A DNA stretch of 64,000 nt from the sequence record SRR22947725_1805; one strand, written 5' to 3'. The notes beneath the pieces are model-generated. The model ran no database searches and was not told the DNA's origin. It saw only the letters and a list, made by a program, of their open reading frames with translations. Positions 55,143-64,000 of this stretch are shown piece after piece; positions within the stretch are counted from its first letter, which is position 1, and each line of letters begins with the position of its first letter. A program made the position numbers and the translations under genes.

Positions 55143-56317
55143 TTTTTCTCTCCGGCTAAGTCGATGACGGGCTCCCAGCTGCGGGAATCCCAGGAATTGA
55201 TCAGGGCCTGCTGCACACTGACAACATCCACAGCTTCACGGAAGCTCGGGGAGAAAGCGGTGCCGGTGGCGATGGAGTCCAAGAAGGATAGGTCTTCGAT
55301 CGCGACGATGTCTTCAAAACCAATCGCATTGGCCTGTCCGGGAGCGAAAGCACCGTGGAAGGGGAACCGGTCACCGCCATAAATGGTGGTGTAGCCGGAG
55401 CTGGGGTCCTCGGTGAGCTTGTAGTACTGGAGCTCGTTCATCTTCTCCAGGTTCCAGGACAGGGAACCCTTGGTCCCATACACCTCAAACGCATTTTGGC
55501 TCTCTGGCCCGACGACGGTTCTGCTGGTTTCAAAAGTTCCCGTCGCACCGTTGTCAAACGTGCAGAGCATGGAAGCGAAGTCTTCATTCTCAACAGCAGC
55601 CATGGGGTCCCCAGGGTTGCCGCGCCCGTAATGGCTGGCGGCACCGGTGGGGAGGGGGCGTTGCGGGATGGTGGTGTTTCGCATTCCGACAACTTCCTTG
55701 ATTCCGCCGACCAAGAACTGGGCCATCGACACCGAATGGCTGAGAATGTCACTGCTGACGCCGTATCCTGCCTGGTCCATCAAGAAACGCCAGGTCAGCA
55801 GGCCCATTTCGTCACTGCCATACATCGAGAAGAAGCGACCTCGGTAGTGGGTGATATCCCCTAGCTCGCCCGATTCGATGAGGTTTCGTGCGTGAATGAC
55901 CAGGGGAGCCCAGAGGTAGTTGTAGCCAACACCTGTGGGAACACCGGCGGCGGTGGCTGCGTGAAATGCTGCCAAAGTCTGCTCGGGCTTGCCTCCGATG
56001 GGCTTTTCGCTAAAGACTGCTTTTCCGGCTGCGGTGGCTGCTTCGATCATCGGGACATGGAGCATGTTGGGGGCTGTCACCCACACGGCATCAACGTCAT
56101 CAGATTCGACGGCTTCGCGCCAATCAGCGACGGCCCTTTGGAACCCAAAGTCGTTCACCGCGCGTTCGCGACGCTCTTCCTCTGTGTCAGCACAGACAAC
56201 GAGGACGGGGTCGAAGGAACGGTTGGGGAAGAGGGAGGGAATACGGAGCATCGAGCGACTGTGCGCCTGCCCCATCCAGCCCAGGCCTAACACGGCAATA
56301 CCGATGCGACGATTCAT
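55139..56317 (-). CDS. Gfo/Idh/MocA family oxidoreductase (inositol/inosose dehydrogenase-like)
   Basis: GLGWMG, EKP, VGYNY, DILSH, NED. Confidence 0.85.
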   Translation of the reverse strand: MNRRIGIAVLGLGWMGQAHSRSMLRIPSLFPNRSFDPVLVVCADTEEERRERAVNDFGFQRAVADWREAVESDDVDAVWVTAPNMLHVPMIEAATAAGKAVFSEKPIGGKPEQTLAAFHAATAAGVPTGVGYNYLWAPLVIHARNLIESGELGDITHYRGRFFSMYGSDEMGLLTWRFLMDQAGYGVSSDILSHSVSMAQFLVGGIKEVVGMRNTTIPQRPLPTGAASHYGRGNPGDPMAAVENEDFASMLCTFDNGATGTFETSRTVVGPESQNAFEVYGTKGSLSWNLEKMNELQYYKLTEDPSSGYTTIYGGDRFPFHGAFAPGQANAIGFEDIVAIEDLSFLDSIATGTAFSPSFREAVDVVSVQQALINSWDSRSWEPVIDLAGEKK

Positions 56318-56437
56318 GGTTACTTCACCTTTCGTGGCCTTGTCGCTGAAATCTCAGCGGCAAGGAATGTGGTTTTTTGGGCGGTAAGGGGGGTGGTGCG
56401 TGTGGTGATGGTGTGGCGAGGGCCCTTCGGCCCGGGG

Positions 56438-57334
56438 TTAGAACTGGGTGGGGTGAACAATGGCGCCGGCGCGAACAGCGGCGCTTTCTGAGTCTCCATC
56501 CGAGGGATAGAGCAACGCTCGACCGGCGGTGAGGCCGCGAATGTTGGGTTCTTTCATCGCCGTCGACCACTGGTCGAAAATGTCGCCGCTAGCCCCTTTG
56601 GGCTCACCGCCAAGCATCAAGATTGGAAGCGTGGTGGCTGCTGCTACCTCATCCATCCGATCACTGGTGGGAAGCTTCAACCAGGAATAGGCCGAGGATG
56701 ATCCCAGGCCAGAGGCAATGGCGACGACCTTGATGAGGGCATCGGGGTTGGTGTCCAAAATGGCACCGCCGTTGGCGTCTTTGAGATAAGGCAGCGGCTC
56801 GATCAATGACATCAGACGGCGGTCTGCCAGCTCCGTGGTGATGGACGCCACCGTTTCGAGTGTGCGGGCAACACCAGGGTCGTGGTGGTCGATGCGGATC
56901 AGGGTTTTCCCACCATCAAGGCCGCTGGATTCGACGTGGTCCACGTCATAGGCGGTGACCCGGTCATCGAGTTCCCACGTGGCGCCAATGATGCCCCCGC
57001 GGTTCATGGTACCGATCGCCAGCTTGTTATCGAGTGCTCCCAACCAGGCGAGTTCTTCCAAAATGTCAGCACTGGCTAGCACTCCATCCACCTGGGGCAG
57101 CGCAAGACAGCGAACCAGGCGATCCAGCAGGGTGTAACGGTCGGCCATAGCCACCGTGTCCTTGCCGAGCGAAATCTTTCCCCGCGCGGTGTGGTCGGCC
57201 GCAAGAATCAGCAGGTTGCCATCGTCCCCTGCGATGCTGCGGCGGCTCCTCGATACGAGGGCTTCGGACAAAGCGTGGGGGGCGAAGACTCGCTCATCCA
57301 GGAGGGCTTGATATTTTTCACGGCTCAGGGTCAT
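56438..57334 (-). CDS. class I aldolase, Cgl0159-like (probable 5-dehydro-2-deoxyphosphogluconate aldolase)
   Basis: LAADHTARG, GTMNRGG, DDR, WLKLP, LGG, GRALLYP; ATGA coupling to iolC. Confidence 0.8.
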   Translation of the reverse strand: MTLSREKYQALLDERVFAPHALSEALVSRSRRSIAGDDGNLLILAADHTARGKISLGKDTVAMADRYTLLDRLVRCLALPQVDGVLASADILEELAWLGALDNKLAIGTMNRGGIIGATWELDDRVTAYDVDHVESSGLDGGKTLIRIDHHDPGVARTLETVASITTELADRRLMSLIEPLPYLKDANGGAILDTNPDALIKVVAIASGLGSSSAYSWLKLPTSDRMDEVAAATTLPILMLGGEPKGASGDIFDQWSTAMKEPNIRGLTAGRALLYPSDGDSESAAVRAGAIVHPTQF

Positions 57335-58275
57335 CGGGATGCTCCAATCATTGTCTCTAATTCTGCAACAGTGGGCATCGCATCTGCACACGTGAGACGC
57401 GTGGCGACGAGTGCGCCTGCAGCATTGGCGAACTCTCCGATGCGTTCTAAGTCCCACTCACTCAGCACACCGTGACACAGGGCACCACCAAAAGCGTCCC
57501 CGGCGCCGAGTCCACACACCACCTCAATGGGAGTGGGTGCCACGCGAACGCGTTCCTTGGACGTAGCCAAGAGGGCGCCGTCTCCACCAAGTTTGATGAT
57601 GGCAAGGCGCACACCCATCGCCAGTAGCTCATCGGCAGCAGCGTCGGGGTCACTGATTCCTAGGGCAATCTCGCATTCTTCGCGATTGCCCACCACGATG
57701 GTGGCCCGGGCAATGGCGCGCTGGGCCATCGCGGTTGCTTCTGCCGGGGAAGCCCAGAGGCTGGGGCGGTAATCAAGATCGAGGATGGTGTGCTGGGACC
57801 TATCCCTGAGTTCCATCCACGAAAGACAGGTTTCAGCGGTCGAGCCCTGAGATAGGGATGCTTGGGAGATCCACAAAATTTGGGCACCCTGAACAACATC
57901 CGCGGGAAGGTGATCTTCCTGCAGCGTGGTGTCGGGGGCTGCGACGCCTCGATAAAACATGACGGTGGGGGTTTCGGGGGGAGTGAGGGCGGCAAAAGCC
58001 AGCGGGGTTTGCGAACCCTCTTGCGAGGTGATGTAGGTGGTGTCAACGCCCCAGTCAGTCATCCGTTGGCGCACATAGTCACCAAAAGCGTCTGCGCCAA
58101 CCTTTGTGGCCAACATGACGCTGTGGCCAAGTCGTGCTGCAGCCACTGCAACGTTGCTGGGGCTACCGCCCACAGACTTTTGAAAACTCTGCTGTCCCTC
58201 AAATCCCACGTCAGGCTCGGTGGCGTAAAGATCGACGCTGATGCGCCCGACACTGAGGACGTCTACAGCGCTCAT
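57331..58275 (-). CDS. iolC: 5-dehydro-2-deoxygluconokinase
   Basis: GRISVDLY, GGSPSNVAVAAARLG, DLDYRP, GLGAGDAFGG. Confidence 0.93.
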   Translation of the reverse strand: MSAVDVLSVGRISVDLYATEPDVGFEGQQSFQKSVGGSPSNVAVAAARLGHSVMLATKVGADAFGDYVRQRMTDWGVDTTYITSQEGSQTPLAFAALTPPETPTVMFYRGVAAPDTTLQEDHLPADVVQGAQILWISQASLSQGSTAETCLSWMELRDRSQHTILDLDYRPSLWASPAEATAMAQRAIARATIVVGNREECEIALGISDPDAAADELLAMGVRLAIIKLGGDGALLATSKERVRVAPTPIEVVCGLGAGDAFGGALCHGVLSEWDLERIGEFANAAGALVATRLTCADAMPTVAELETMIGASR

Positions 58276-59177
58276 GAGGCTGGCTGAAGTGTCGGAGCAA
58301 CGATTTTGGTGAGGTATTCCAAAGAAGTCGTGATCTGGTGGATGGGTCCATCACCCTCAGCGGGCATGCCATCGGTGATGGCGGTGTCCTGCTCGATGAC
58401 ATACCAACCCTGGTAGCCAGCACCTTCGAGCGCTTGGACGACACCCATGATGTCGACGTCACCCTGACCCAGTGGAGTAAAGATACCCGCCTGGGTGGCG
58501 GCCATCAGTGTTACTTCCCGGCGCAAAACGGGGTCCACCATGTCCAGGCGGATGTCTTTGAGGTGGACGTGGCCCACGCGGTCCATGGAGTCTTTGGCGA
58601 ACTCGACAGGATCTTGGCCGCCAAAGGCCATGTGTCCGGTGTCGAGGCAAAAGTGAACGTCACAGGTGTCGAGTACCCGGGAAATATCATCCTTGGTTTC
58701 CACCAGAGTTTGAACGTGGGGGTGGAGAACTTGTTCCAGGCCGTGCTCGCCGCAGATGTCATCGATGATGGCAAACATTTCTGCCATGTGGGTGACTTCG
58801 GACGATGAGAGTGCGCGGGGGATTGACCAATCCATATCGAGCACGGGGCACGAAATGAATTTTGATGCTCCCGCACTCTGAAGAAAACGAGCGGCGTCTT
58901 TCGCGCCGGCAATTGCTTCTGCTCTGTGGGCGGAATCATGAATCACCACGGGGGTGAAGGCGCCTAGGAGGCTCATGTCGTAGTTGCCGAGCTCTGATTT
59001 CACATCCCCTGGTTCTGCGGGAAGAAACCCGGGTGCGCCTAACTCTGTCGCCCTAAAGCCCAGACCCGCCATTTCGCCAAGGACCCGGGGGCTTGGCATC
59101 ATGGCCCCCCAACCGGGGACTTCACAGATGCCCCAGGAGATGGGGGCGGATGCTACGCGAGAAAGAAAGTCAGACAC
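58272..59177 (-). CDS. iolE: inosose dehydratase-like TIM barrel, copy 1
   Basis: APISWGICE, HPH, LDTGH, HVHLKD, PLGQG, IEQD. Confidence 0.8.
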   Translation of the reverse strand: MSDFLSRVASAPISWGICEVPGWGAMMPSPRVLGEMAGLGFRATELGAPGFLPAEPGDVKSELGNYDMSLLGAFTPVVIHDSAHRAEAIAGAKDAARFLQSAGASKFISCPVLDMDWSIPRALSSSEVTHMAEMFAIIDDICGEHGLEQVLHPHVQTLVETKDDISRVLDTCDVHFCLDTGHMAFGGQDPVEFAKDSMDRVGHVHLKDIRLDMVDPVLRREVTLMAATQAGIFTPLGQGDVDIMGVVQALEGAGYQGWYVIEQDTAITDGMPAEGDGPIHQITTSLEYLTKIVAPTLQPAS

Positions 59178-59190
59178 CGTTGGCCTCTCA

Positions 59191-59204
59191 TTGGAACGTT
59201 CCAA
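59191..59204. promoter_or_regulatory. LacI-family operator
   Basis: Perfect palindrome TTGGAACGTTCCAA with central CG, between divergent iolE and iolG-lacI. Confidence 0.8.
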
Positions 59205-59263
59205 CAAGTATGGCAGTATGGGCGATAACAGTGCAACATTCGTTTGCCATACAGGAGGATGAC

Positions 59264-60256
59264 ATGAAAGTTTTGGTCATGGGTGCGGGGCGCATGGGCG
59301 CGATCCGGGTCGAAGATTTAGCTGCGGATCCGAGAGTGACCGAAGTGATGATCACCAACCGCAACCAACCAAAAGCACAAGCGTTGGCCGATCAGTTTGG
59401 CGCCACCGTGGTGCCGTGGGACAACGCCACCGACAAGGTTGCCGACGCCGTTGTCGTTGCCGTGGGAACAGATGGTCACGAATTTGTCCTCAACGGCGTT
59501 CTCCCCCACGCACTGCCCGTGCTCTGCGAAAAGCCGATAGCCCTGACCGTAGAAGCAACCCAAGCCGTGATTGATCTTGCCAGGCACAGTGGTTCCGGCT
59601 TGCAGATTGGTTTCCAGCGTCGATTTGATTCAGCAATTCGCGAAGTCCACGACACCATCGAGTCTGGTGCTGTGGGAACGCTCTATGCCCTCACCATGAC
59701 CGCTCATGATTTCACCCCGAGCACCAAAGAGTTCATGGGGGGAAGTGGTGGAATTTTCCGCGATCTCCACGTTCACGATTTCGATTTGATTCGTTGGCTC
59801 ACCGGGAGCGAAATCGAGAAGGTATATGCGACGAAAGCAGTGCGGGAATTCCCCGACTACGCCGAGTTCGATGATGCTGATGTGACCTCGATCAACGTGA
59901 CCACCGTCAGTGGTGTTCAGGTCACTGTCAGTGGCACCCGACACGGGGCCCTCGGTCACGATGTCCGCCTCGAAGTATTCGGATCCACGGACACGCTCTC
60001 GGCGGGGTTGAATCAGCGAACCCCGTTGCGAACCATGGAGGGTGACCTCGCCCTCAACACCAACGCCTATCACGGGTTTGTTGATCGCTTCCGGGATGCT
60101 TTTCGTAATGAAACACAGTCTTTTGTGTCGTTTGCCCTCGGGGACATCGCTAACCCGTGCCCGCCTGAGTCGGCACTGGAAAGCCTGCGCGCTGCGATCG
60201 CCTGCGAGCACTCCATCCTCAGCGGCAGCGCAGTCGAGGTTGCGCAGGTCGCCTAA
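59264..60256 (+). CDS. iolG: myo-inositol 2-dehydrogenase
   Basis: GAGRMG, CEKP, IGFQRRFD, SGGIFRDLHVHDFD, GHDVRLEVFG; AGGAGG SD. Confidence 0.85.
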   Translation: MKVLVMGAGRMGAIRVEDLAADPRVTEVMITNRNQPKAQALADQFGATVVPWDNATDKVADAVVVAVGTDGHEFVLNGVLPHALPVLCEKPIALTVEATQAVIDLARHSGSGLQIGFQRRFDSAIREVHDTIESGAVGTLYALTMTAHDFTPSTKEFMGGSGGIFRDLHVHDFDLIRWLTGSEIEKVYATKAVREFPDYAEFDDADVTSINVTTVSGVQVTVSGTRHGALGHDVRLEVFGSTDTLSAGLNQRTPLRTMEGDLALNTNAYHGFVDRFRDAFRNETQSFVSFALGDIANPCPPESALESLRAAIACEHSILSGSAVEVAQVA

Positions 60257-60260
60257 AGAC

Positions 60261-61271
60261 ATGTCTCTTCAGCGCCCTACCATTCACGACGTGGCATCCC
60301 GCGCGGGGATGTCCAAGTCGCTGGTGTCTTTAGCGCTATCAGGGTCTCCCAAAGTCAGCGAGAAAAGTCGCCGCAGAATCCTTCGTGCGGCGCAAGAGTT
60401 GGGGTATCGGCCCAACGCCGCTGCGAGAAGCCTCGCGGCTAATCGATCTCGAACGATAGGGGTGTTGATCCTGGATCTTCATAACCCTGTCTTTGCAGAA
60501 ATCTTGGATGCCGTTCAAGCCGAGGTTCGCCAGCATTCCTTCAGCATGATGTTGGTCAGCGGTGGGGAGGACGCAGCCCTTGAAAAAACCGAAATCGGCA
60601 CTCTTCAAGAATTCCAAATCGAAGGCCTGATTCTTATTTCCCACCAGTTGCCGGCTGATTTCTTGAAACAGGTCGCCTCAGAGGTTCCCACCGTGACGGT
60701 GACGAGAAGCGATATCTCCGTCGCAGGCATGGACACCGTTAGCAACGACGATGTGGCAGGCGCGAGCCTGGCAGTTGATCACCTAGTCAGCCTCGGACAC
60801 ACTCGCATCACCCACCTTGATGGCGGGGATAACCCGGTGTCCCACCTTCGCGCGCAAGGGTATCGAGAAGCGATGGCTCGTCACGGGCTAGAAAGCCACA
60901 CCACCCAGGTGAGTGGGGGATTGAGTGATCAGGCCGGATATTTGGCGGCACAGAAAGCGTTGGCTTCATCCCCCACCGCCCTTTTTGTGGCCAACGACTT
61001 TTCTGCGATGGGTGCGATTGCCGCAGTGGAAGAGGCAGGTTTGGATGTCCCTGGCGATATTTCCATCATCGGGTATGACGGAATTAGCCTCGGTGGGTTG
61101 CGCAGTGTGAACCTCACTTCGGTCGCGCAACCGCTCGCTGAGCTCGGTCGCCTCGCCGCCACGCGCTTGCTCGAGCGGATTGAAACCCCTGGCGGGAAAG
61201 CCCACCACGACCATGTGGCCTCCGAGGTCATCGTGCGCGGGACGACAGGACCTGTTCCCGCAAAGCCCTAA
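60261..61271 (+). CDS. LacI family transcriptional regulator
   Basis: TIHDVASRAGMSKSLVSLAL, LGYRPN, AND, IIGYD, LTSV. Confidence 0.93.
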   Translation: MSLQRPTIHDVASRAGMSKSLVSLALSGSPKVSEKSRRRILRAAQELGYRPNAAARSLAANRSRTIGVLILDLHNPVFAEILDAVQAEVRQHSFSMMLVSGGEDAALEKTEIGTLQEFQIEGLILISHQLPADFLKQVASEVPTVTVTRSDISVAGMDTVSNDDVAGASLAVDHLVSLGHTRITHLDGGDNPVSHLRAQGYREAMARHGLESHTTQVSGGLSDQAGYLAAQKALASSPTALFVANDFSAMGAIAAVEEAGLDVPGDISIIGYDGISLGGLRSVNLTSVAQPLAELGRLAATRLLERIETPGGKAHHDHVASEVIVRGTTGPVPAKP

Positions 61272-61283
61272 AGCGCTTGGACG

Positions 61284-62180
61284 TTAGGCGATGTAGGGAA
61301 GGCGAGGGTCTTGAACCTCGTTGTCCCAGGTTTCTCGAATCCATTGGTGTCGCGGGTCATCGACGGCTTTCCAGGTCCGGTCTGGGTCAGGGCCTGCCAT
61401 GACATTCATGAAATACAGGTCATAGCCGGGCATTGCTGCGGCAGGTCCGTGATATCCAAAAGGCACCAAGACAACATCGCCGTTTCGAATTTCAAGAAGT
61501 TCATCCATTTCCCGCTCGTCCGAGCTGTAGCAACGGAAATACGCCACGGGATCGGCGGGACCCTGCGGGTCATACGCACGATCCGGCGCCAACTCGAAGT
61601 AATAGATTTCTTCCAGGTTTGATTCGATTCCTGGAACGTAGGTGTCGTGTTTGTGTGGGGGGATGCCCGACCAGTTCCCGGCTGGCGCGATGACTTCCAC
61701 GGCAATCATTCGGTCAGCATCTAGGTGTTCCTCGCCGCCGAAGTCGTGAATCTGTCGGGTAGATCGTCCTGCGCCCCGCAAGAGAAGGGGCACATCGGCA
61801 GCTTTCCGTAACTGCACGGGTTTGGCGTTGGTTGCGGGAGCTTCCACCACCATCACCCTGCCATCAGTCTCAAATTCGAGAGCGGTGTTGATCGGAAGAT
61901 AGAGGTAGTCCACGGCACCGTGAAAGACAGACTGGCGCCCTTTCAGCACGACGGTTTCCTCTGTAGTGGATCCATCGAGGACATATTTCACGGTCGTTAT
62001 GCTGCCGTGGAGCATGTATATGACGCGTTCGATCAGATCGGGCAGGATGGTGAAGCGCGGCGAATCCTTGACATCACCGATCCGCATTCCGGTGTGTTTC
62101 CACCCGGGAATGCTGGAATCCACAACGGTGTCCCAGACACCTTGGCGAAGGATTCCTCGCGGATAAAACCACTGATTCAT
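61284..62180 (-). CDS. iolB: 5-deoxy-glucuronate isomerase
   Basis: GNWSGIPPHKHD, LEEIYYF, GYHGP, NVMAGP. Confidence 0.92.
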   Translation of the reverse strand: MNQWFYPRGILRQGVWDTVVDSSIPGWKHTGMRIGDVKDSPRFTILPDLIERVIYMLHGSITTVKYVLDGSTTEETVVLKGRQSVFHGAVDYLYLPINTALEFETDGRVMVVEAPATNAKPVQLRKAADVPLLLRGAGRSTRQIHDFGGEEHLDADRMIAVEVIAPAGNWSGIPPHKHDTYVPGIESNLEEIYYFELAPDRAYDPQGPADPVAYFRCYSSDEREMDELLEIRNGDVVLVPFGYHGPAAAMPGYDLYFMNVMAGPDPDRTWKAVDDPRHQWIRETWDNEVQDPRLPYIA

Positions 62181-63067
62181 GAGGCTCCTGCTTTCTGCGC
62201 CGCTTGGCGCAAGAACTCTACGCTAGCGGCCGCATCCACTTGGGGGCCTTCCTCTGTTGCTGGTTCGATGCTCAAGACAAGGTCTTGTTCCAGGACAAAC
62301 CATCCGGTGTATCCCTGATTCAACAGGGACCCAATGATCGCTGTGACATCAACGTCACCCTGGCCAAGGGGGGTGTAAAGCCCTTCCTTGACAGCGTCGT
62401 AGTAGGAGAGGGCACCATCACGAACTCTTTGAGCAATGGCAAGCACCACGTCTTTGAAGTGAACGTGTCCCACCCGGTCACCGTGATCCTTTGCAAAAGC
62501 GACTGGGTCAGTTCCGCCAATCCACATGTGACCGGTGTCGAGGCAGAAGGGAATGGCGGTGCGGGTGAGCACCTCTTGGACGTCAGCCCAGGTTTCCACC
62601 ATCGTGCCAGCGTGCGGGTGGATGACGGCCATCACGCCTCGCTCCTGGGCGCGCTGGGAAATACGGCCCAAATTATTGGCCATTGCCTGCCAGTTCTCTT
62701 CCCGCATCTCTGGCCTCGTGGCGTCATAGCCATCGAGCCCGGTGTTCGCGGCTAATACAAGGACTTCGGCGCCGGCCGCGACGTAGGCGTCGAGCTCGGT
62801 ATCTACCTCGGGGAGCGGGTCAAAACCCGGGTCGTGAAGCACGACGGGAACGAAACCGCCGACTGCTTTCATGCCGTGCTTCTCGAGCGTTGCTCGCCTG
62901 CCCTCCGCGTCTTCGGGCAAAAAGCCAAGGGGACCAAACTCTGTTGCTTCGACACCCAGAGATGCCATTTCGGTCAGGACCCGATCAGCGTCCATTTGGT
63001 GACCCCAACCGGGCACTTCACACACGCCCCAGGAAATGGGTGCTGCTGCGATACGGATATTACTCAT
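62177..63067 (-). CDS. iolE: inosose dehydratase-like TIM barrel, copy 2
   Basis: APISWGVCE, HPH, LDTGH, HVHFKD, PLGQG, LEQD. Confidence 0.8.
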   Translation of the reverse strand: MSNIRIAAAPISWGVCEVPGWGHQMDADRVLTEMASLGVEATEFGPLGFLPEDAEGRRATLEKHGMKAVGGFVPVVLHDPGFDPLPEVDTELDAYVAAGAEVLVLAANTGLDGYDATRPEMREENWQAMANNLGRISQRAQERGVMAVIHPHAGTMVETWADVQEVLTRTAIPFCLDTGHMWIGGTDPVAFAKDHGDRVGHVHFKDVVLAIAQRVRDGALSYYDAVKEGLYTPLGQGDVDVTAIIGSLLNQGYTGWFVLEQDLVLSIEPATEEGPQVDAAASVEFLRQAAQKAGAS

Positions 63068-64000
63068 GACTATCTCCATTCGAAGGGTTGGGCGGTGGGG
63101 CGATATGGGCTGGTGTGCGGCCAGCGAGAACCTCGAGGATTCCCTGCGCTGCCTGCCGGAACGTTTCTGCGGTGCTGGCGGTAGTGAGACCCATCACGTG
63201 GGGAGTGAGAACCACGTTGGGGTGATCGAAAATCGCATGGAGTTGCGGGGGTTCCTGATCAAACACATCCAGCCCCACCCCACCCAGCACACCAGTGATC
63301 AACCCCCAGAGAGCGGCATCCAGGTCAAGCACTTCGCCGCGCGCCACGTTCACGATGATCGTGCCGGGTGCGAGAGATTCGATGACGCCTCGATTGAGCA
63401 GACCGTGAGTTTCTGGTGTGGCTGGCAGATGACAGCTGATGTGGGTGGCGCCACGAAGGGCTTCTTCCACGGTGGCGGCAAGCGGGACATCCGCGTCCGT
63501 CACGTAGGGGTCATACGCTACGACGTTCATGCCAAAGGCCTGGGCGAGCTGGGCTACCTTCCGGCCAATGCGGCCATACCCCAAAATGGCCAGAGTTCCG
63601 CCTTCAAGATCTCCTACCTTCACTCCCTCCCGCTCGGTCCACCGGTTATCTCTCACCAGTGTCGTGAGCTCCGGGAGGGCTTTGGTTAGCGCGAGGAGGT
63701 GCGCAAGCGTCCCCTCGGCCACAGCATTCGTGTTCGAGCCTGGGGTGATGATGACTGGGATTCCGCGGTCATGCGCTTGCTGCACATCCACTTTTTCCAC
63801 GCCCACACCGGTGCGAGCGAGGGCCCGAAGCTGGGGCATCGAATTCAGGAGAGTGGTATCCACCCTGACGTGGGCGCGAACGATTGCCCCCACTGCCACA
63901 GCAAGATCAGCTGGTCCAGGGTTGGCAACGAAACGCGCGTGGCCGCTCACAACGGAATCCACAATGCTTGCCTCAACCGGGCCTAAGCCCACGACAACGG
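63060..64000 (-). CDS. D-isomer-specific 2-hydroxyacid dehydrogenase (SerA-like; 5' end probably beyond the window)
   Basis: RTGVGVE, GYGRIG, HLP, NVARG, LDVFDQEP, TPHV; frame open to the window edge. Confidence 0.87.
   Translation of the reverse strand, partial: VVVGLGPVEASIVDSVVSGHARFVANPGPADLAVAVGAIVRAHVRVDTTLLNSMPQLRALARTGVGVEKVDVQQAHDRGIPVIITPGSNTNAVAEGTLAHLLALTKALPELTTLVRDNRWTEREGVKVGDLEGGTLAILGYGRIGRKVAQLAQAFGMNVVAYDPYVTDADVPLAATVEEALRGATHISCHLPATPETHGLLNRGVIESLAPGTIIVNVARGEVLDLDAALWGLITGVLGGVGLDVFDQEPPQLHAIFDHPNVVLTPHVMGLTTASTAETFRQAAQGILEVLAGRTPAHIAPPPNPSNGDSHE

Noticed and set aside
56338-56365. Hairpin CCTTGTCGCTGA-AATC-TCAGCGGCAAGG inside the iol operon
   Set aside because: Real inverted repeat, but it has a mismatch on the transcribed strand and no U-tail; probably an ordinary intercistronic stem.
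60042-60260. N-terminal extensions of ORF-track calls (lacI; also iolG, SDR 25617, kinase, aldolase 56438, FadR 47608)
   Set aside because: The extensions overlap upstream genes; downstream starts with SD or stop-start coupling fit family lengths better.
1-64000. Numerous long antisense or overlapping ORFs in the track (e.g. 54414-55382, 43972-44958, 35152-35940, 15808-16497)
   Set aside because: They shadow well-supported genes on the opposite strand, lack recognisable motifs and are expected in GC-rich DNA.
1-64000. CRISPR arrays, rRNA/tRNA, transposases, integrases, defence systems
   Set aside because: No repeat-spacer pattern, RNA gene signature or recombinase motif was recognised, and intergenic gaps are short. 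A covariance-model search was not possible.

Overview
GC-rich actinobacterial chromosome segment; gene content and style suggest Microbacteriaceae, possibly Pontimonas/Aquiluna-like, which is inference only. The window is almost fully coding and dominated by carbohydrate catabolism. (1) 1-12.5 kb: FG-GAP surface protein, heterodimeric ABC exporter, a type III PKS / methyltransferase / FAD oxygenase / UbiA prenyltransferase operon and small membrane genes. (2) 12.6-20 kb: amino-sugar locus (GntR, nanE, BadF-type kinase, ABC importer, nagA, nagB). (3) 20.8-40.3 kb: divergent sugar-acid locus with three enolase-superfamily dehydratases, an SDR + FAH pair, an APH-fold kinase next to a divergent second enolase, an ABC importer, lactonase, KdgK/Eda, a U32-like protein and an aldehyde dehydrogenase. 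(4) 40.3-48.8 kb: an unusual operon interleaving two GH88/GH105-fold proteins with two crotonases, a family III CoA-transferase, SDRs and an MBL hydrolase, ending in a truncated aldo-keto reductase. (5) 49-52.3 kb: 3-oxoacid CoA-transferase, thiolase and acetolactate decarboxylase. (6) 52.5-64 kb: myo-inositol cluster with two iolE-like genes. No rRNA, tRNA, CRISPR or transposase was recognised. The best candidates for undescribed biology are the GH105 + CoA-chemistry operon and the kinase + variant enolase module. All product calls are from motif recognition by eye; no searches were run.
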